Origin: Eledone cirrhosa
Taxonomy: Eukaryota
DNA length: 64,000 nt
Assembly (NCBI GenBank): GCA_964016885.1
Contig: OZ024745.1
Location: 76,880,001-76,944,000, forward strand
Direction: 5' to 3'
A program made the position numbers and the translations under genes. The notes beneath the pieces are model-generated. The model had not been told where the DNA came from and did no database searches. It saw only the letters and a program-made list of their open reading frames with translations. The stretch's first letter is position 1, and the number at the start of each line of letters is the position of its first letter. Shown piece after piece: positions 26,191 to 39,474 of the stretch.

Positions 26191-27179
26191 TTCGAAGATT
26201 GCTAGAGTAAAAACACAGAATTGTTTTACTCCCCTCATCTTCAGTATCAGTGGCCACAGAGATGGAGCACCGAAAATCTGAACGGTCTTCCCTTCCCAAA
26301 ACTAGTCAATGGCTTTTAGCAACATTTCCAAACCCATTATTATATATATTTGGTTTTCTCGTCTTATTTTTCATTATCCTGGATGGTTTACCAAAACTAT
26401 CCATCCTTCATTTCTCACCGACGTAGGGAAATGAGGTGATACTATTCAGAGGATCAGGAACCTCAGTTTTCTTGTCGTCGGTTTCCTAGTTGTTTTCTAC
26501 TGGCACCAGAGACGAGATAAATTCTTCGAACGTCGCTGGAACGAGTTAAAAAACTGGACTCAACGCTAAAAAAATATTCACAAGTATATATATACGCTAG
26601 ATATACAGATATATGTTAAAGTTTCAATATAATAAACTGGTAGGTAAGTGCATTGACAGATTTAGACAGAAAAAGACCCTAGCAAAGTACTGGCAGTATT
26701 CTGAAGTTGTACCCTAATATAATTATCTCTCACATCAGACAATGGAGTCTGATACTTATAGAAAACTACAATAGAATAACGAGAGTACGACCATAAAAAT
26801 ACTTAGAAGCAATCAGAGGTAGGCAGAAGTAAGCAGTAAGAAAATGATTCTCAATACACCTCTCCCCTCTCTTCTGCGACACCAGAGCTCTTGCCATCCC
26901 TTCCCCTTCCCGTTCTTTTTCTTCTTTCTTTCTCTGTTTTTTTCTATATTTCCATATTCTTTCTTTTTTTTTGTTTCCCCCTTTTTAACATTTTTTCTTA
27001 TTAAATTTTATTTTAAAAATAAACATTTAATTAGAAACTAACTACACTATAATAATTAAAAAAAATTGATCAGGGCAGAACAAAAGAAATGATTAAAGAA
27101 ACAAAACCAAAATCAAAATGGGATTACAAAATATAGTGAAGAAGAAATCGAGAAAAGCCACTCTGAGGTCAATATCCTG

Positions 27180-28100
27180 CAAGGTTAGACTAATAAGAAG
27201 TAAATCAGAATGAAAGTCAACAACGTCTCAAAAGCTCCGAGCTAAAAGCAGAAACCAAAAGTCTAATATTAGCTGCAAAAGATCATTGTCAAACGACAAA
27301 CAGTTGCAAAAATAAAATAACGAAAGCAGATTCTAACATTAAATGTAGATTATACAACCAGTCGATCAGACAGTTGACCACATCATCTCCAGTGGCCTAA
27401 TTGTTTGCCAAGTCCGAATATATATACACAGTAATGGACTAATTGTCAGACATATGCCTACGAACTGGTTACAATGATTTGGGATATTACTGACAAGGTC
27501 AACACAGCAAACTGTCTAGATATAATAGATCAGACTAACCCAAGTTCTGCTGCACGTCGGGCTGAGGAGGCCAAACTCCTCAAATACCGGTCGCTCTCCG
27601 ACAGGTTTGCGGTTGTACCCCTGGCAGTGGAGACTTCTGGTGTCCTTACTCACCACCATAGGCGCTGAGCTGGCCAGCCGCAGGTGTGAGCCCCACGAGT
27701 TGGAGTGGTTTTTCCAGCGCGTCTCCCTTGCCGTCCTCCAGGGAAACGCCTTCTCCATCTTGTCTGTCGGGGCCGTGGGGAGGGGGGGGGGCATTGCGTA
27801 TCATTCCATATTTAAGTATGGTCAATGAAGAATATGTGCCAATAGTCGGCTGAGGTTGGATTTCAGGTACTTTTGCATGTCGTTTGAGCCCTCCCATTAT
27901 TATCCCACTCTACTATTTAATATATGAAGGAGATAGACTGAGAAAGAAGACAGCATATTTGTGAGTGACCATAGACCAGAACAAAAATTGCTATCGCGAT
28001 ACCATCTGACTAAAATATTGCCCGAAAGAAAGTGAAAATCTATGAAAATACAAGGATCTCGAAATCAACATAAACTGGTTGTGGGACATGAAGATAAAAC
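27180..28100 (+). mobile_element. Decayed R4/Dong-clade LINE 3' region (zinc finger and RLE endonuclease), interrupted by a CRE-like fragment
   Basis: KAETKSLILAAKD (ETEGLIIAAQD), IKCRL, IWDITDKVNTANCLDII (LWD..TD..ANRPDI), then IAIPSD*NIARK..KYKDLEI after about 27980. Confidence 0.65.
27530..27830 (+). mobile_element. CRE-clade-like non-LTR retrotransposon 3' fragment (RLE C-terminus)
   Basis: SAARRAEEAKLLKYRSL..FAVVPLAVETSG and FFQRVSLAVLQGNAFSIL; GC-rich relative to its flanks. Confidence 0.7.
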
Positions 28101-29480
28101 TATTATCAATAATAATTCAAATTCTAGGTGTGACGAAAAATATGAATATACACGCTTAGAACCTGTCTCAGATAGCATCTCTACTAGGTACAACCCACAT
28201 CCTGCACAAGTTATTATCAATTCAATAGCACAACTCAAGCAGTACAATCTCTGTACACAATACACAATTTATTCAATAATACTTAATAGAATATCACAAC
28301 TCACACGGCATATACTCTACAAGATTAACATAAAATACAATATCACAACATATATACTTACATAATCGATACTAGACACTACAATATTAATAATTCACGC
28401 AACCAACTCTCTAGACAGCTTCCCCTCATTAATGCTACAAAAGCTAAATGCCGATTACAAAGTACTTACGAAACATTCACCATCCAACAAAATAACACAA
28501 TTCACATGAAACTCTACACAACAGAACAGTCATTAAAATAAAAATAGATGCAGCAGCCTAAACCCCATAATATAACAGAATTGATGTAGTACACTAATTC
28601 AAGTCTATACTTATCTCACAAAGAATATAAACAAAAAATAGTCAATACTTTACACACCACGGAACCTCGCATGAAACTACCTAAAAAAATGATATTGATG
28701 AGGATTTGCTATGTTCCTAAAAATAGAAGAATGTTTTCTTTCTTACAAACAACAAAACAATGAAACTATTTATTTAAATATAATTTTTCACTTAATCCTT
28801 ATCTTTAGTTTGAATTTATTGTGACTGGAAGTTAACATTCTAACAGCAAACTGAGGCAAATGCTTGGCAATGTTATCTGCTCAATGCGTGCTCAGTAGAA
28901 CGTAATTCGTATACAATTAAAGACTCTATTTACATGACAGTCCTTATCTGCTATGTCCATCATCTAAACCTTCAATACCTCAAACCCACTATATCATCAA
29001 ACTGTCCACTCCATCAAACCCTCCACTCTAGGTCTTGTTTGAAAATTACTTTCAAACATTACTTTCTAAACATTCGTTCATTAGAAAAGGTAAACAGAAG
29101 CAGATTAAATAACAGGATTAATAAAATAACTGGATTATTATGTTTAAATATTGTATATATTCTGTGATTGTTGTACACTTTCGTTTTCATTTTTTCATAT
29201 CTGAGAAACATTTGAGTTTAGGTTAGCCTTTACTCTCTTATTCATTTTAGTTATTTATAATATGGCCCAAGATATATCATAACAAAAGGAAAACACATAA
29301 AAGTCTTTACTACCCACACGCAATATACACAGTCATTAATATTTACCTTCCGCATAGGCGACATACCAGCCCAATATATATATAAATATATATATATAAG
29401 AAAATAAGGTTCTTTTTAAATGTCATACATATAATGAAAAGAATGTGAAAATGCAACTGAAGTCTTTTAAGAATATTTAT

Positions 29481-29522
29481 TTACTTTACCGGTTTCACAG
29501 TTCTTATGATTATCAAAAGTAA
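29481..29522 (-). ncRNA. Degenerate minimal hammerhead ribozyme motif in a Penelope-like remnant
   Basis: TTACTT-TTGATAA-TCATAAGAACTGT-GAAA-CCGG-TA-AAGTAA: perfect stem I and palindromic stem III, but mutated core. Confidence 0.5.
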
Positions 29523-29760
29523 AATTAAGATGGAGGGTCTGTGTTTCTGCGTAGTGTGTCTTGCATCGAACTGGAGTTCAAAAATTATTTCTGTTACTAT
29601 AGGTGATATTGTCAGATTTCGAGACGTTTTCAAGGAAACTGGCTTCCAGTTGCAAAGTAAGGCTATAATGCAGGGGGAAAGGAGATCATGTATATTCGGC
29701 TATATTTGTACAACACTCACGAGGGTATCTATGAATATCTGTGGAGTCCGTCTTTCTCTT

Positions 29761-29798
<38 letters not shown>

Positions 29799-31224
29799 CT
29801 TAGAGAGAGAGAGAGAGATAAATAGAGACTGAGCGATAGATAGATAGAGAGAGAAAGAGAATTAGTTATTTGTACAGATAAACATGATAAAATAATTAAA
29901 TAAGTAAAAGTAAATATTAGTCTTTAATAATTGATAGAGTAACCAAACACGGTATCGAATGATATAAAATATTTAAGCAAAGTCATATGTAAGTGTAAAG
30001 CAGGTAAGACCATAAAGATTCTAAAGGTTAATATTTAAAATATAACTTTAACAAATGTTTAAGCATTCTAACAGTTTCGGTTGTTGTGTGGTACAATGGC
30101 TGGTTATATAATTGTACAACTGCTAATTTTAAGGAAGAAGAATTCTTCTTGTTTGCTAGAAGTTAGAATGTAGAAGAAGGCACCGCTGGGCTAAAGCTTC
30201 GCTTGCCTCAGACGCTCTAGCTGTGTGTCGTGGCTATAGCGTGTGTGTGAGTGTATATATATATATAATACAAGGACGATTTGTTAAGCCGTCATTACGT
30301 TTATTGATTGGTGACGCGCGTTTCGCTATTGATCAGCTCAAGGTTCGGTCTGTATTGATCTGGCCCGACTCGGGAATCAAAAGCTCATATTCGCTATTGT
30401 GAATAAAAACCCCCCACTCCTCTGCATCCTCCAAGGTGATGTTGAGTCTCCGGAGATCTCTTCCTGATGCTATCCAGCCATTTGATGCGGGTCCTGCCAC
30501 ATATGTACTGATTTTTATTTTATCTAAACTGAAGAAACCTTAAATGACATTTGGACCTAGAACAAAGAAAGAAAAAATACATTTTGTTAAATATTTGTTG
30601 AAGTACTATAATGTTTTTGACCTACTATTCATGAGATGATAAACATAATAATATTGTTTTAGTTTTCTAGAGTGCCTAAATAAATTACTTATGAAACTTA
30701 ATCTCGACACTGGGAGTTAAACCTGCATGCATTCACTCAGATGTTTATATAATTAGTACCATGCTGAGTATGATTTAATCGATTAGACTACACCCTACAA
30801 ATTAGTGACACGGTGTCAACACAGGAAAACAGTACTACTCCTTCTTTATTTCTAAAATAGATACTATGTGAAGATTAAATTTATTGGCTTTCAATACAGA
30901 CCAGTTCATTCGCCCTTCTATCGTGGGCTAATTTTTTCCAGAAAAATTAAGGTTAGAATAATAATAAGCGTAACAATAATAAAATCTATTACAACAAACA
31001 CTAAGTTAAGTTAGAAAGGGAGAGAGAGGGGGAATGAAGAAAAGACAAACTCGGGAGAGGGGGACGGGAAAAGCAAAATAAATGATGAGAACATAAATAA
31101 CATTTTACAAATTAACCTTAACAAAACCCGTTAATATTCAACCTCGTAAAGCATTTTATAACATTATCTCTCCCTTCGCCTTACTCTCTCTCTCCCTCTC
31201 CCTTTCTACCCATCTATCTTTCTT

Positions 31225-31269
<45 letters not shown>

Positions 31270-31270
31270 A

Positions 31271-31534
31271 TGGGCCTTCTCTCTATATCAGCCTGTAGAT
31301 TGAGGAAAAGGAGGAGGAGAGGAAAGGAGTACAAGCTCTTCGTACTCCTGGAGATGAGGGTTGCACATTTTTTCGGGGGTATGTGTTACCCATATAAACT
31401 GTCTCCCTCTATTGGGGAAAATCGACTAACTTTTAAATTCCATCTGTGATAACATTTTACACGTTTTTATTGTATGTAAACTTCCCCCTTTGTATTTGTC
31501 CCCTTCTTTTGTGCCCCTGTGGCTAATAAAGAAA
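31271..31534 (+). mobile_element. 5'-truncated Tx1-related 3' UTR inside (TCTA)n
   Basis: Ends CCCCTGTGGCTAATAAAGAAA followed by (TATC)n; shares the ..CTATTGGGGAA motif with Tx1 copies A and B; TCTA repeats on both sides. Confidence 0.7.
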
Positions 31535-32711
31535 TATATCTATCTATCTATCTATCTCTATCTCCTCTTTTCTCGTTGCCTATCGCTCTTTCTCATACAT
31601 TCACAGATGATAGAACATCTTTTCAATACATTTCTTCTAACAAAAAGCGCTTCTATTTCATTTTTGACAGTTATACCTTCAAGGCTCACTTTAGCTGAAC
31701 AAATGTTTTACAAATATTCTCGCCACTTATTCTCGTTGATGTTCTCATTAACACTCTGTTCTCTCCAGCTATCGACTGTTCACTTCTTCATCAATACGTT
31801 TAAATAACAAGTAGTAAGTCATGAAAATAATATAAGTAGTTTCATTGGGACAATCCGATGAAATTATCGATGAGAAAATTTCAGGACCGTATTGAACATT
31901 TTAAATCATAAAGAGACTGAAAGAAACAGATTACAGAAAGTTCAGTAATAGCGAAAGAATCATATGGAAAAATCATATGAAAGCAAACATCACATTTGGT
32001 ATATATCATAGCCATGGTAATTAGCATATCATAGATTAAATGTCTTAGCTGTGGACACTGTGTTTTCTTATATTTATACAATACCACAAATCCTCAGAGA
32101 TAGTGAAATTAAGAATTATGATCATGCCTATTGCGAATTAATATGAAAAGAGTTATTTAATTTTTATGGAATTTTTGTTTCTAGTCACCAGAAAATATGG
32201 CGCTCAGCCGGTAAGAGACCGTCCTTCATTTACTTTCCTAAAACCGGCTAGAAAGTATAAAAACGCAGATCAAGCTGCTTACTATTTGTCCCATCAGCGT
32301 AAAGAATCAAATCCACCTTTGTTCTGTTCATTTCTTTGTACACAAAGCAATATAACTCAACCTGATTTTTATTATTACATATGTATATAATGATATTGTT
32401 AGGACAATAGAAAATGTTCTATTGAGAAAAGAGTGATAAGTAATATCGATATATATGCAACGTCATACATTATGCAGTTGGTTTTATCAATTGAAAATTA
32501 TTCTTTTAGATGAATACGTTAGCTTCAGTCCATCACTGCTTTAGATTTTCAAGGATTATATCCTTTGTTTTATTTTCGTCAAATCTTTGCTTCATTTTAT
32601 TTTTATTTGTAATTCAATACTAATTTTGTGTTAATATTATAGTTGTATTATTGTTCGAATGCGGATTACTTGTAATACAATTCATGTCCTTTTTAAGTCA
32701 TAGTCTACCTA

Positions 32712-32759
<48 letters not shown>

Positions 32760-33867
32760 CAAGAAAACGAAAAATCAGTGATGCATCTGGACTTGGTTTA
32801 TTTCGCGTTACAAATGTTTCGCCGGCATGTAGCTCGAGTCATGGTCCTTGTATGGATCTGGCTGATTCTACTTCTGCAGGTTCTTTCAGACACGTCTGTT
32901 ATGTCCGGAGCAAATTTTATCAAACATATATATATATATATGAGGGTGTTAAAGTTTGCTTGAAGCATTGTGAAATGTGTAAAATACGTATTTAAGAATG
33001 TATACATACATACATATATATGTATGTATGTATACGAGGTAAATTGTATCTACGTTTTGATCCATTTATCATGAACATAGGTACAGCTCACTGCCTTACG
33101 TAGTGGGGTCATTGTATAATACAGAAGTGCTTGTTAGTTTTGCATGGTCTGAACTATGATAAAAACATTCAGACCGTGATTCTACTTCCTCTAATTATAT
33201 CATCTCAAACACACACACACAAAGAAATAATATGGATGTGATTGCAGTCCGACACATGCCCAAGGATGAGTACACACACACAAAGACAGAATATGAATAA
33301 ATGAAACCAAATGTAGTCCAATGCATCACGCTAGAGGTATAGTTTCTACATATAAGTGATAATGTCTTCATTATAATGTATGACGAGGTAAATTGACAGA
33401 TATTTATTTTTCATATCGATGTTTGACTATTCACTTGCAGCTAAGGGAAATGAGAGTCAATGATAACGAATTCAACAAACCTAGTAAAACTAATAAAATA
33501 TACTGAGTTATCTAACATAAACAAATAAAAACAACACAAAAGAAGCCAAACGATATCAATATAATATATATATATAAATAGAGAGAGGTGAATGAGATGA
33601 ACCATAACTGTAACGATAATGGAGATATAATGGCAAGAATACATTTTCTCAATGTCTACATTATTTCTTCTTTTAAAACGTACACTGGTGTTATCTATAT
33701 GACTTACTTATAAAAGATCTACTCACGTACACATATCAAAATTGTATCTCGGGAAAAGATTTCGAGGAAAACGCTGTATTATGCGAATACACAACTGTAG
33801 AGATAGATGCATGTGACTATGAAACCCAAACCGACTCACACATGCTATTACATGTGGGTAAAGGAAT

Positions 33868-34238
33868 ACGAGGGTCGGCTGAAAATTTCAAGATACTCTC
33901 ATAGAATGTGACCAAATGAAGTTTATTTTCAAACATAGTCCACCTTGTGGTCCACAAACTTCTTCCAACCGTGTTGTAGTGATTGGATCCCATTGGTAAA
34001 TAAGCTTTCATCCTGTTAGTAACAAAACATCATCAACAACAGATATGACATCATCATCACTGCAATACAAATTCCCAACCAAGTGTGATTTTTCATGTTG
34101 GGGGAACAAATGATAGTCAGATGGGGCCAGATGAGGAGAATAGGGAAGGTAATCAACCAGTTCAAAGTCACGGTCATGCAGAGCAGCCATTGAAACCAAG
34201 GTGCAGGATCATTGTCCTGATGAAACAAGACCCCTTTC
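33868..34238 (-). mobile_element. Mariner transposase 3' fragment with terminal inverted repeat
   Basis: FHQDNDPAP..LPYSPHLAPSDYHLFP..LVGNLYCSDDDV (D34D region); TIR-like TACGAGGGTCGGCTGAAAATTTC at 33868. Confidence 0.88.
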
Positions 34239-34779
34239 GAACATAAGATGCAATAAAGATTTGTTTGCTTTCTATGTGTACAGCTTAAATTTATTTGTCA
34301 TTCATTGTCACTATGTATTCAGCACGCTGTGTCATATATAAAACTTTCACATGTAGCAAATATAGGACATCTACTCTATGAAAAATCCCAAATGGTTTAA
34401 CCTCAGTGAGATGAAGAAGAATTGAAGGATTGTTTAGGTAATGAATACACTTACAGACTAACCTCTTTGAAAAATCTTATATACACAGGGTGGCTCGTGC
34501 ATAGAAACGTAATGTTTAATATCTTGATGTATTGTGAAGATTTTAAGACTTACTTTTTTAACTATCCGGGTGAAAGTTTGATATAAGATTCAAAGTAAGG
34601 ATGGTAAAAGAAATGTCAGGTCCCAAATATTACTTGGTCTTTGAATTTGCAAAACCCGATGTGCAGATATTTGGAAAAATGAACAAACTTTTCCAGCATG
34701 AACTGCCTCGAAGATTATTCTCGCATTACAAGAGTCTTCACAACAGATTGTATACTACCTGTGGATAGAAAATATATGT

Positions 34780-35070
34780 TGATAAAACATTAGGGAGAGC
34801 TTCCTCGACGACGTGGGGACCAATACTGTGAAAGCCTCGAGTAGGCTTTTAAAGGGGTTCCTAATGGAAACCCCACCAACCATGGAGGTCGAGCCACTCG
34901 ACCTCCACAAGTCCCTGGAGGCAAGTAAACCTTTCCTCTCTCTTTTAGCCTGCGAACATGGCCATCCTGAGAGCAGGATGTTTAAATGTTCGTGGCCTGG
35001 AGTCGTCCTGGAAGCAGGGTCACCTGCTGAACGACCTCGTGTCGCTAGATATGGATGTGATTGCAGTCCG
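34780..35070 (+). mobile_element. Internal Tx1 fragment (ORF1 end and ORF2 APE start)
   Basis: MAILRAGCLNVRGLESSWKQGHLLNDLVSLDMDVIAV, homologous to copies A and C. Confidence 0.85.
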
Positions 35071-35362
35071 ACACACGCACAAGGATGAGTACACATATAC
35101 AATTATACCTGCATCCTTTGTGCCGGAAACATATATCAAATAAAAATAATATTTAATAAATATATAAAATAAAATAACTAACTTAATAAATACGATATTA
35201 AATTAAAAAAAGGAAAAACGCACACATACGCACACACACACACGCACACACAAAGACGTTAACACTTCTCACACCTCCTACTACCACAGCAGGCTAATAA
35301 CGGCATAAACAGAGAGATGGCACATACAAGCCAAAACGTTTTTCTATTGTCCAAGGTTTTTA

Positions 35363-35399
35363 ACTTCTGATGAAGAGATTTTATCTCGAAAATTAAGGT
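35363..35399 (+). ncRNA. Minimal type I hammerhead ribozyme
   Basis: ACTT-CTGATGA-A-GAGAT TTT ATCTC-GAAA-AT-TA-AGGT: intact core, stems I and II, palindromic AATT stem III. Confidence 0.7.
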
Positions 35400-35511
35400 C
35401 TTATTTAAATAAATAAAAAAAAACAGGTAAAACAAAACAGCTTTGTCACCTTCTTTTATCTTAAATCGTAGAAAACTTTTGCATTGTCACAGCCTTCGAA
35501 TGACATACCTG

Positions 35512-35578
<67 letters not shown>

Positions 35579-35613
35579 ACATACATACATACATACAAAC
35601 ATACATACATACA

Positions 35614-35646
<33 letters not shown>

Positions 35647-35656
35647 TAATATGAAA

Positions 35657-35856
35657 AATATTAATAAATGGAAAATATCTTTATAACAACATATTTATTT
35701 CATTATACGTATTTCGAGGATACTAGATTATAGTATGCTTTCTTCAGTTAAAATACAATATTTGGTGTTAAGATAGATACTATAATCTAGTATCTTCGAA
35801 ATATGTAAAATGAAATGAATATGTTGTTATAAAGATATTTTCCATTTATTAATATT
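35657..35856. repeat. Inverted repeat (about 80-bp arms), Penelope-like terminus with a degenerate hammerhead on the minus strand
   Basis: Arms at about 35657-35735 and 35777-35856; minus strand CTGAAGA..ATACTA TAATC TAGTAT..GAAATACGTATA. Confidence 0.8.
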
Positions 35857-35949
35857 ATAATACTCCAGATAAATTTTTCTTTAGAGTGCTTCATATCTGT
35901 TATAAATTTAACTCTGTTGAATATTCATCAGCAAAGATTATAACTAATT

Positions 35950-36000
<51 letters not shown>

Positions 36001-36008
<8 letters not shown>

Positions 36009-36316
36009 TAAACGGAATAGAAAATGCTGACAAATTGTTCACAGTTGAAAAATGGTTTAATTAGGAATAAAAGAGTATTAGTGATTGTATGGGTTAGTAT
36101 TCAGTTGTGGTTTTAAGTTTTTAAGTTTTTACCGGTTGCGCATTTCTAAATGCTTTTCAAAAATAATTTTGAGATAGAGTGTCCGTGCGGTTTGCTCTGA
36201 TCTGAACCACAACTGAATACTAACCCATACGATCACTAATACTCTTTTATTCCTAATTAAACCATTTTTCAACTGTGAACAATTTGTCAGCATTTTCTAT
36301 TCCGTTTACCAATATA
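36001..36316. repeat. Inverted repeat (about 110-bp arms) between (TA)n tracts, Penelope-like terminus
   Basis: 36001-36111 is the near-perfect reverse complement of 36204-36316. The spacer holds a decayed hammerhead (minus: TTGAAAA GCATTT AG AAATGC GCAA CCGG TA). Confidence 0.85.
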
Positions 36317-36347
36317 TAATAACTTGTGTGTTACACCTCTATTCTTT

Positions 36348-36374
<27 letters not shown>

Positions 36375-36382
<8 letters not shown>

Positions 36383-36990
36383 ATACTTTGGGAGGGTCAT
36401 GTTGCCAATAAGAAACACACGCACCAGTTGCTTTCACTTCAATTTAATTTATTATATATTTATAAATTTACAAATTTATAAATTTCTGGTTGGTTAGTTG
36501 GTTCCACAACCAGATAGTTGTTTATATATATATAGTCATAGTTCTTTCGTCACACACTCTGTGACCTCTTCAGTGACTGGGGATTTCTTTCTTCGTTTCT
36601 GTGCCTTTCCTTTCTTCTATCCTACGCCATTTTGTTTGTGTGTGGGTTGCGTGCTCAGTTTGCGCATGCGCCACATCCGGGTGTCTGTGTGTGTTTGTGT
36701 TCATTTTTCTATTTTTCTATTTATATTTTTCTATTTGTTTATTTATTTATTTATTTATTGTTGGTTGGTTGTTTGTTCTATGTGTGTGTGTGTTTTCATT
36801 TTGTGTGTGTTTTCAATTGTAAGTTGTTTGTTCTATGTGTGTGTGTGTTTTCATTTTGTCCTTAATTGTAAGTTGTGATGTTGCTGTTCCACTCATATTT
36901 TCTATTTAATTTTGGTTTTAATTCTTTTATGCTTACTGCCTCTGTAATTTGCCTAAACATTGCGTCTTTCTTGTGTGTGGATTCAGAAAC
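36375..36990 (-). mobile_element. Non-autonomous Penelope-like element remnant in (TA)n
   Basis: Homologous to 47041-47360 and 56840-57055; carries a hammerhead. Confidence 0.7.
36534..36578 (-). ncRNA. Minimal type I hammerhead ribozyme
   Basis: AGTCA-CTGAAGA-G-GTCACA GAGTG TGTGAC-GAAA-GAAC-TA-TGACT. Confidence 0.75.
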
Positions 36991-36991
36991 G

Positions 36992-37018
<27 letters not shown>

Positions 37019-37022
<4 letters not shown>

Positions 37023-37900
37023 TCCTACATTGCCTATTGAGTACGCTGGCATTGATAAATATGTTGGGCTGGTCAACTTCTGATTATTATTATCTTGCAA
37101 CTAGCGGACTAATGAGAGTAAGTTAAACAATTTTTCACTTTTTTTATTGTTTTGTTTTGATATGCGCTCTAATTCCTGCTATTAATTTTATCTCTCATTC
37201 TTTTAAGTTGTGGAATAGACTGGTTTACACACATGGCTGCCGCAATCCAGCTCGCTACTATTGGCATTTCATGTCCGTTAAAGGTTCTTGGCACTACCAT
37301 TGTTACGATCGCTTTCCTCTAGCCATGGGACTTGGAGACATGAGCCGAATACTACCATTCTATTATACATCGATGTGGGACTGCTCTTTCTAATAACCAT
37401 CTTTTCCCTTCTTATTAATTTGTGTGTGAGACACGTTGGCTGAAAGCTTTTGACGGAAACGAAAATATTTGTTTTCAAATCCCCAGCCACCACGTAAAGT
37501 TTGTAAATCGGTGGCTGGTCGAGGGACGGAATTGTATCGGATTCCAGTTGCTAATCACTTTACTGTGTCGGCCGTCACAAGCAGTCATAGCCGGCATGGG
37601 CTGGGGTTTGGATTCTGTCGATCGATTGGTTTTTGATTAGGCGATACTCGCTGATGAAGCCAAATACGCCGATTATGCATTGTTGCATAATATATGCAGA
37701 CAGAGGGTGCAGTGCTGCTGCATTAAGTGTGGCCGAAACTCGAGTCCGGGAACTATTATAGGCACCCGTTCTACGTGTGTTGTATTGAAGCGAATAACTA
37801 TGTGTATACTCTGGGAATGTATCTTACATTGCCTATTGAGTACGCTGAGATACAACCGGTCCTGGCATTGATAAATATGGTAGGTCCGTCAACTCCTGAT

Positions 37901-37905
<5 letters not shown>
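37019..37905 (+). mobile_element. Retrozyme/Penelope-like element with direct terminal repeats in (TA)n
   Basis: TGTATCYTACATTGCCTATTGAGTACGCTG..GGCATTGATAAATATG..TCAACTYCTGATTAT at about 37019-37088 and 37818-37903; internal hammerhead. Confidence 0.6.
37647..37750 (+). ncRNA. Hammerhead ribozyme with extended, branched stem II
   Basis: CTCG-CTGATGA-AGCCA-[about 65 nt]-TGGCC-GAAA-CTCGAG-TC-CGGG. Confidence 0.6.
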
Positions 37906-37931
<26 letters not shown>

Positions 37932-38387
37932 TTGTAGTCTACTGAGGAATGTATCAATGTATACACTCTATGCTATAGCAGAGTGTATACATTAAGGACA
38001 AGGCGGGCGAAAAAGTAGAAAACTCGAGTATATATTTATTATTTTTATTATTTATTTAATATTTTTTTCATTATTGTTTTTGTTAACCCTTTCACCCTTC
38101 CTTTTCCTCTTACTTTCCTTTTATACCATTTTATTTAAGCTTTTTATATATATTTTCAATGTATTCTTACCGTTTACACCCCTACGAATCCACCGATAAT
38201 TGTATATAAATGGATCTCGAGACCTTTGTCAACTGTTTAGATGTGTCTTTACACATATAAACTTGCATATCTGGTGAGATGTTGAAAAGGACGTGTATGT
38301 ATGCAAAAAATAAACGCAAACAACAAAGGGAACATCACAGTACAATGAAGAATATATTAGCTTAACGCTTGGTATAGTAGAAAAGAA

Positions 38388-38458
<71 letters not shown>

Positions 38459-38553
38459 AGTATGTATGTATATGCAAATTAGGCTGCTCAGCCGTTAATT
38501 TTCATAAGGAAAGTATATACTTTCGGACGTTCAACCATCTGGCAGAAAGGTAT

Positions 38554-38596
38554 ACGGTGCTGACGATAGCTAATAAGCTTGAAACTAGTACATCGT
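38554..38596 (+). ncRNA. Minimal type I hammerhead ribozyme
   Basis: ACGGTG-CTGACGA-T-AGCT AATA AGCT-T-GAAA-CTAG-TA-CATCGT: 6-bp stem I and palindromic ACTAGT stem III. Confidence 0.78.
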
Positions 38597-38869
38597 TCCT
38601 GTGTCAGTGTTGAACAAAAAGGTGACGTGGTTGCCTAAACACTGTACGGCATAATTCAGGCTGTTTGTTTGTTTACAAACGAACAAACCGAGCATTATAA
38701 TAAATGTTCGGTAAACTGATACGTGCATATATATATGCGTGCCTGTATGTATATATATACATGCTACTGTACGTCTGTATACATATATGTATGTACGTAT
38801 ACATACATACTTACATTAAGTAAGTGCCGTACTAAGAGTGAGAAATGAAATTTCGTTTCATTCTATTCC

Positions 38870-38909
<40 letters not shown>

Positions 38910-39344
38910 AAAGAGAGAGAAAAATACTGCAGGTAGCACATGGATAACATGTTATAAAATGAGTCCCTCATCAGTGATTTGCCGACGATCATAGATATTT
39001 CATTGCATTAAAAATCATATACCTCACGTCGGTGCAATAATAACCAAAATAAGTTATTAGGACAATTGAAACGCGTAAAGCGAGTGAGACAGGAGATATA
39101 TATATATATATATATGATTTATTATCTTTTGGTCGTTTTGGAAGCCCCAACAATGTAGATGGGTAATTCTCCGGGTAACAGGATCCAGTGGTGAAGAGGG
39201 AGATGTAAGGGAGTGTAGAATGTGATGTATAGTGTGTAGAGGAACGTAGGAAAGAGCGTAAAAAATAAAAATAATAACACGATATATATATATATATATA
39301 TATACTCACACAAACACTGACAGTCACACATATTTATGCGTACT

Positions 39345-39474
<130 letters not shown>

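Noticed and set aside
28042-28680. Possible Penelope RT thumb remnant (RYNPHPAQVIINSI)
   Set aside because: Similarity is too weak to call without a profile search.
38960-39085. Hammerhead halves (CTGATGA on the minus strand; GAAACGCGTA on the plus strand)
   Set aside because: No complete core with pairable stems on one strand. The same applies to motifs near 47560, 48760 and 56020.
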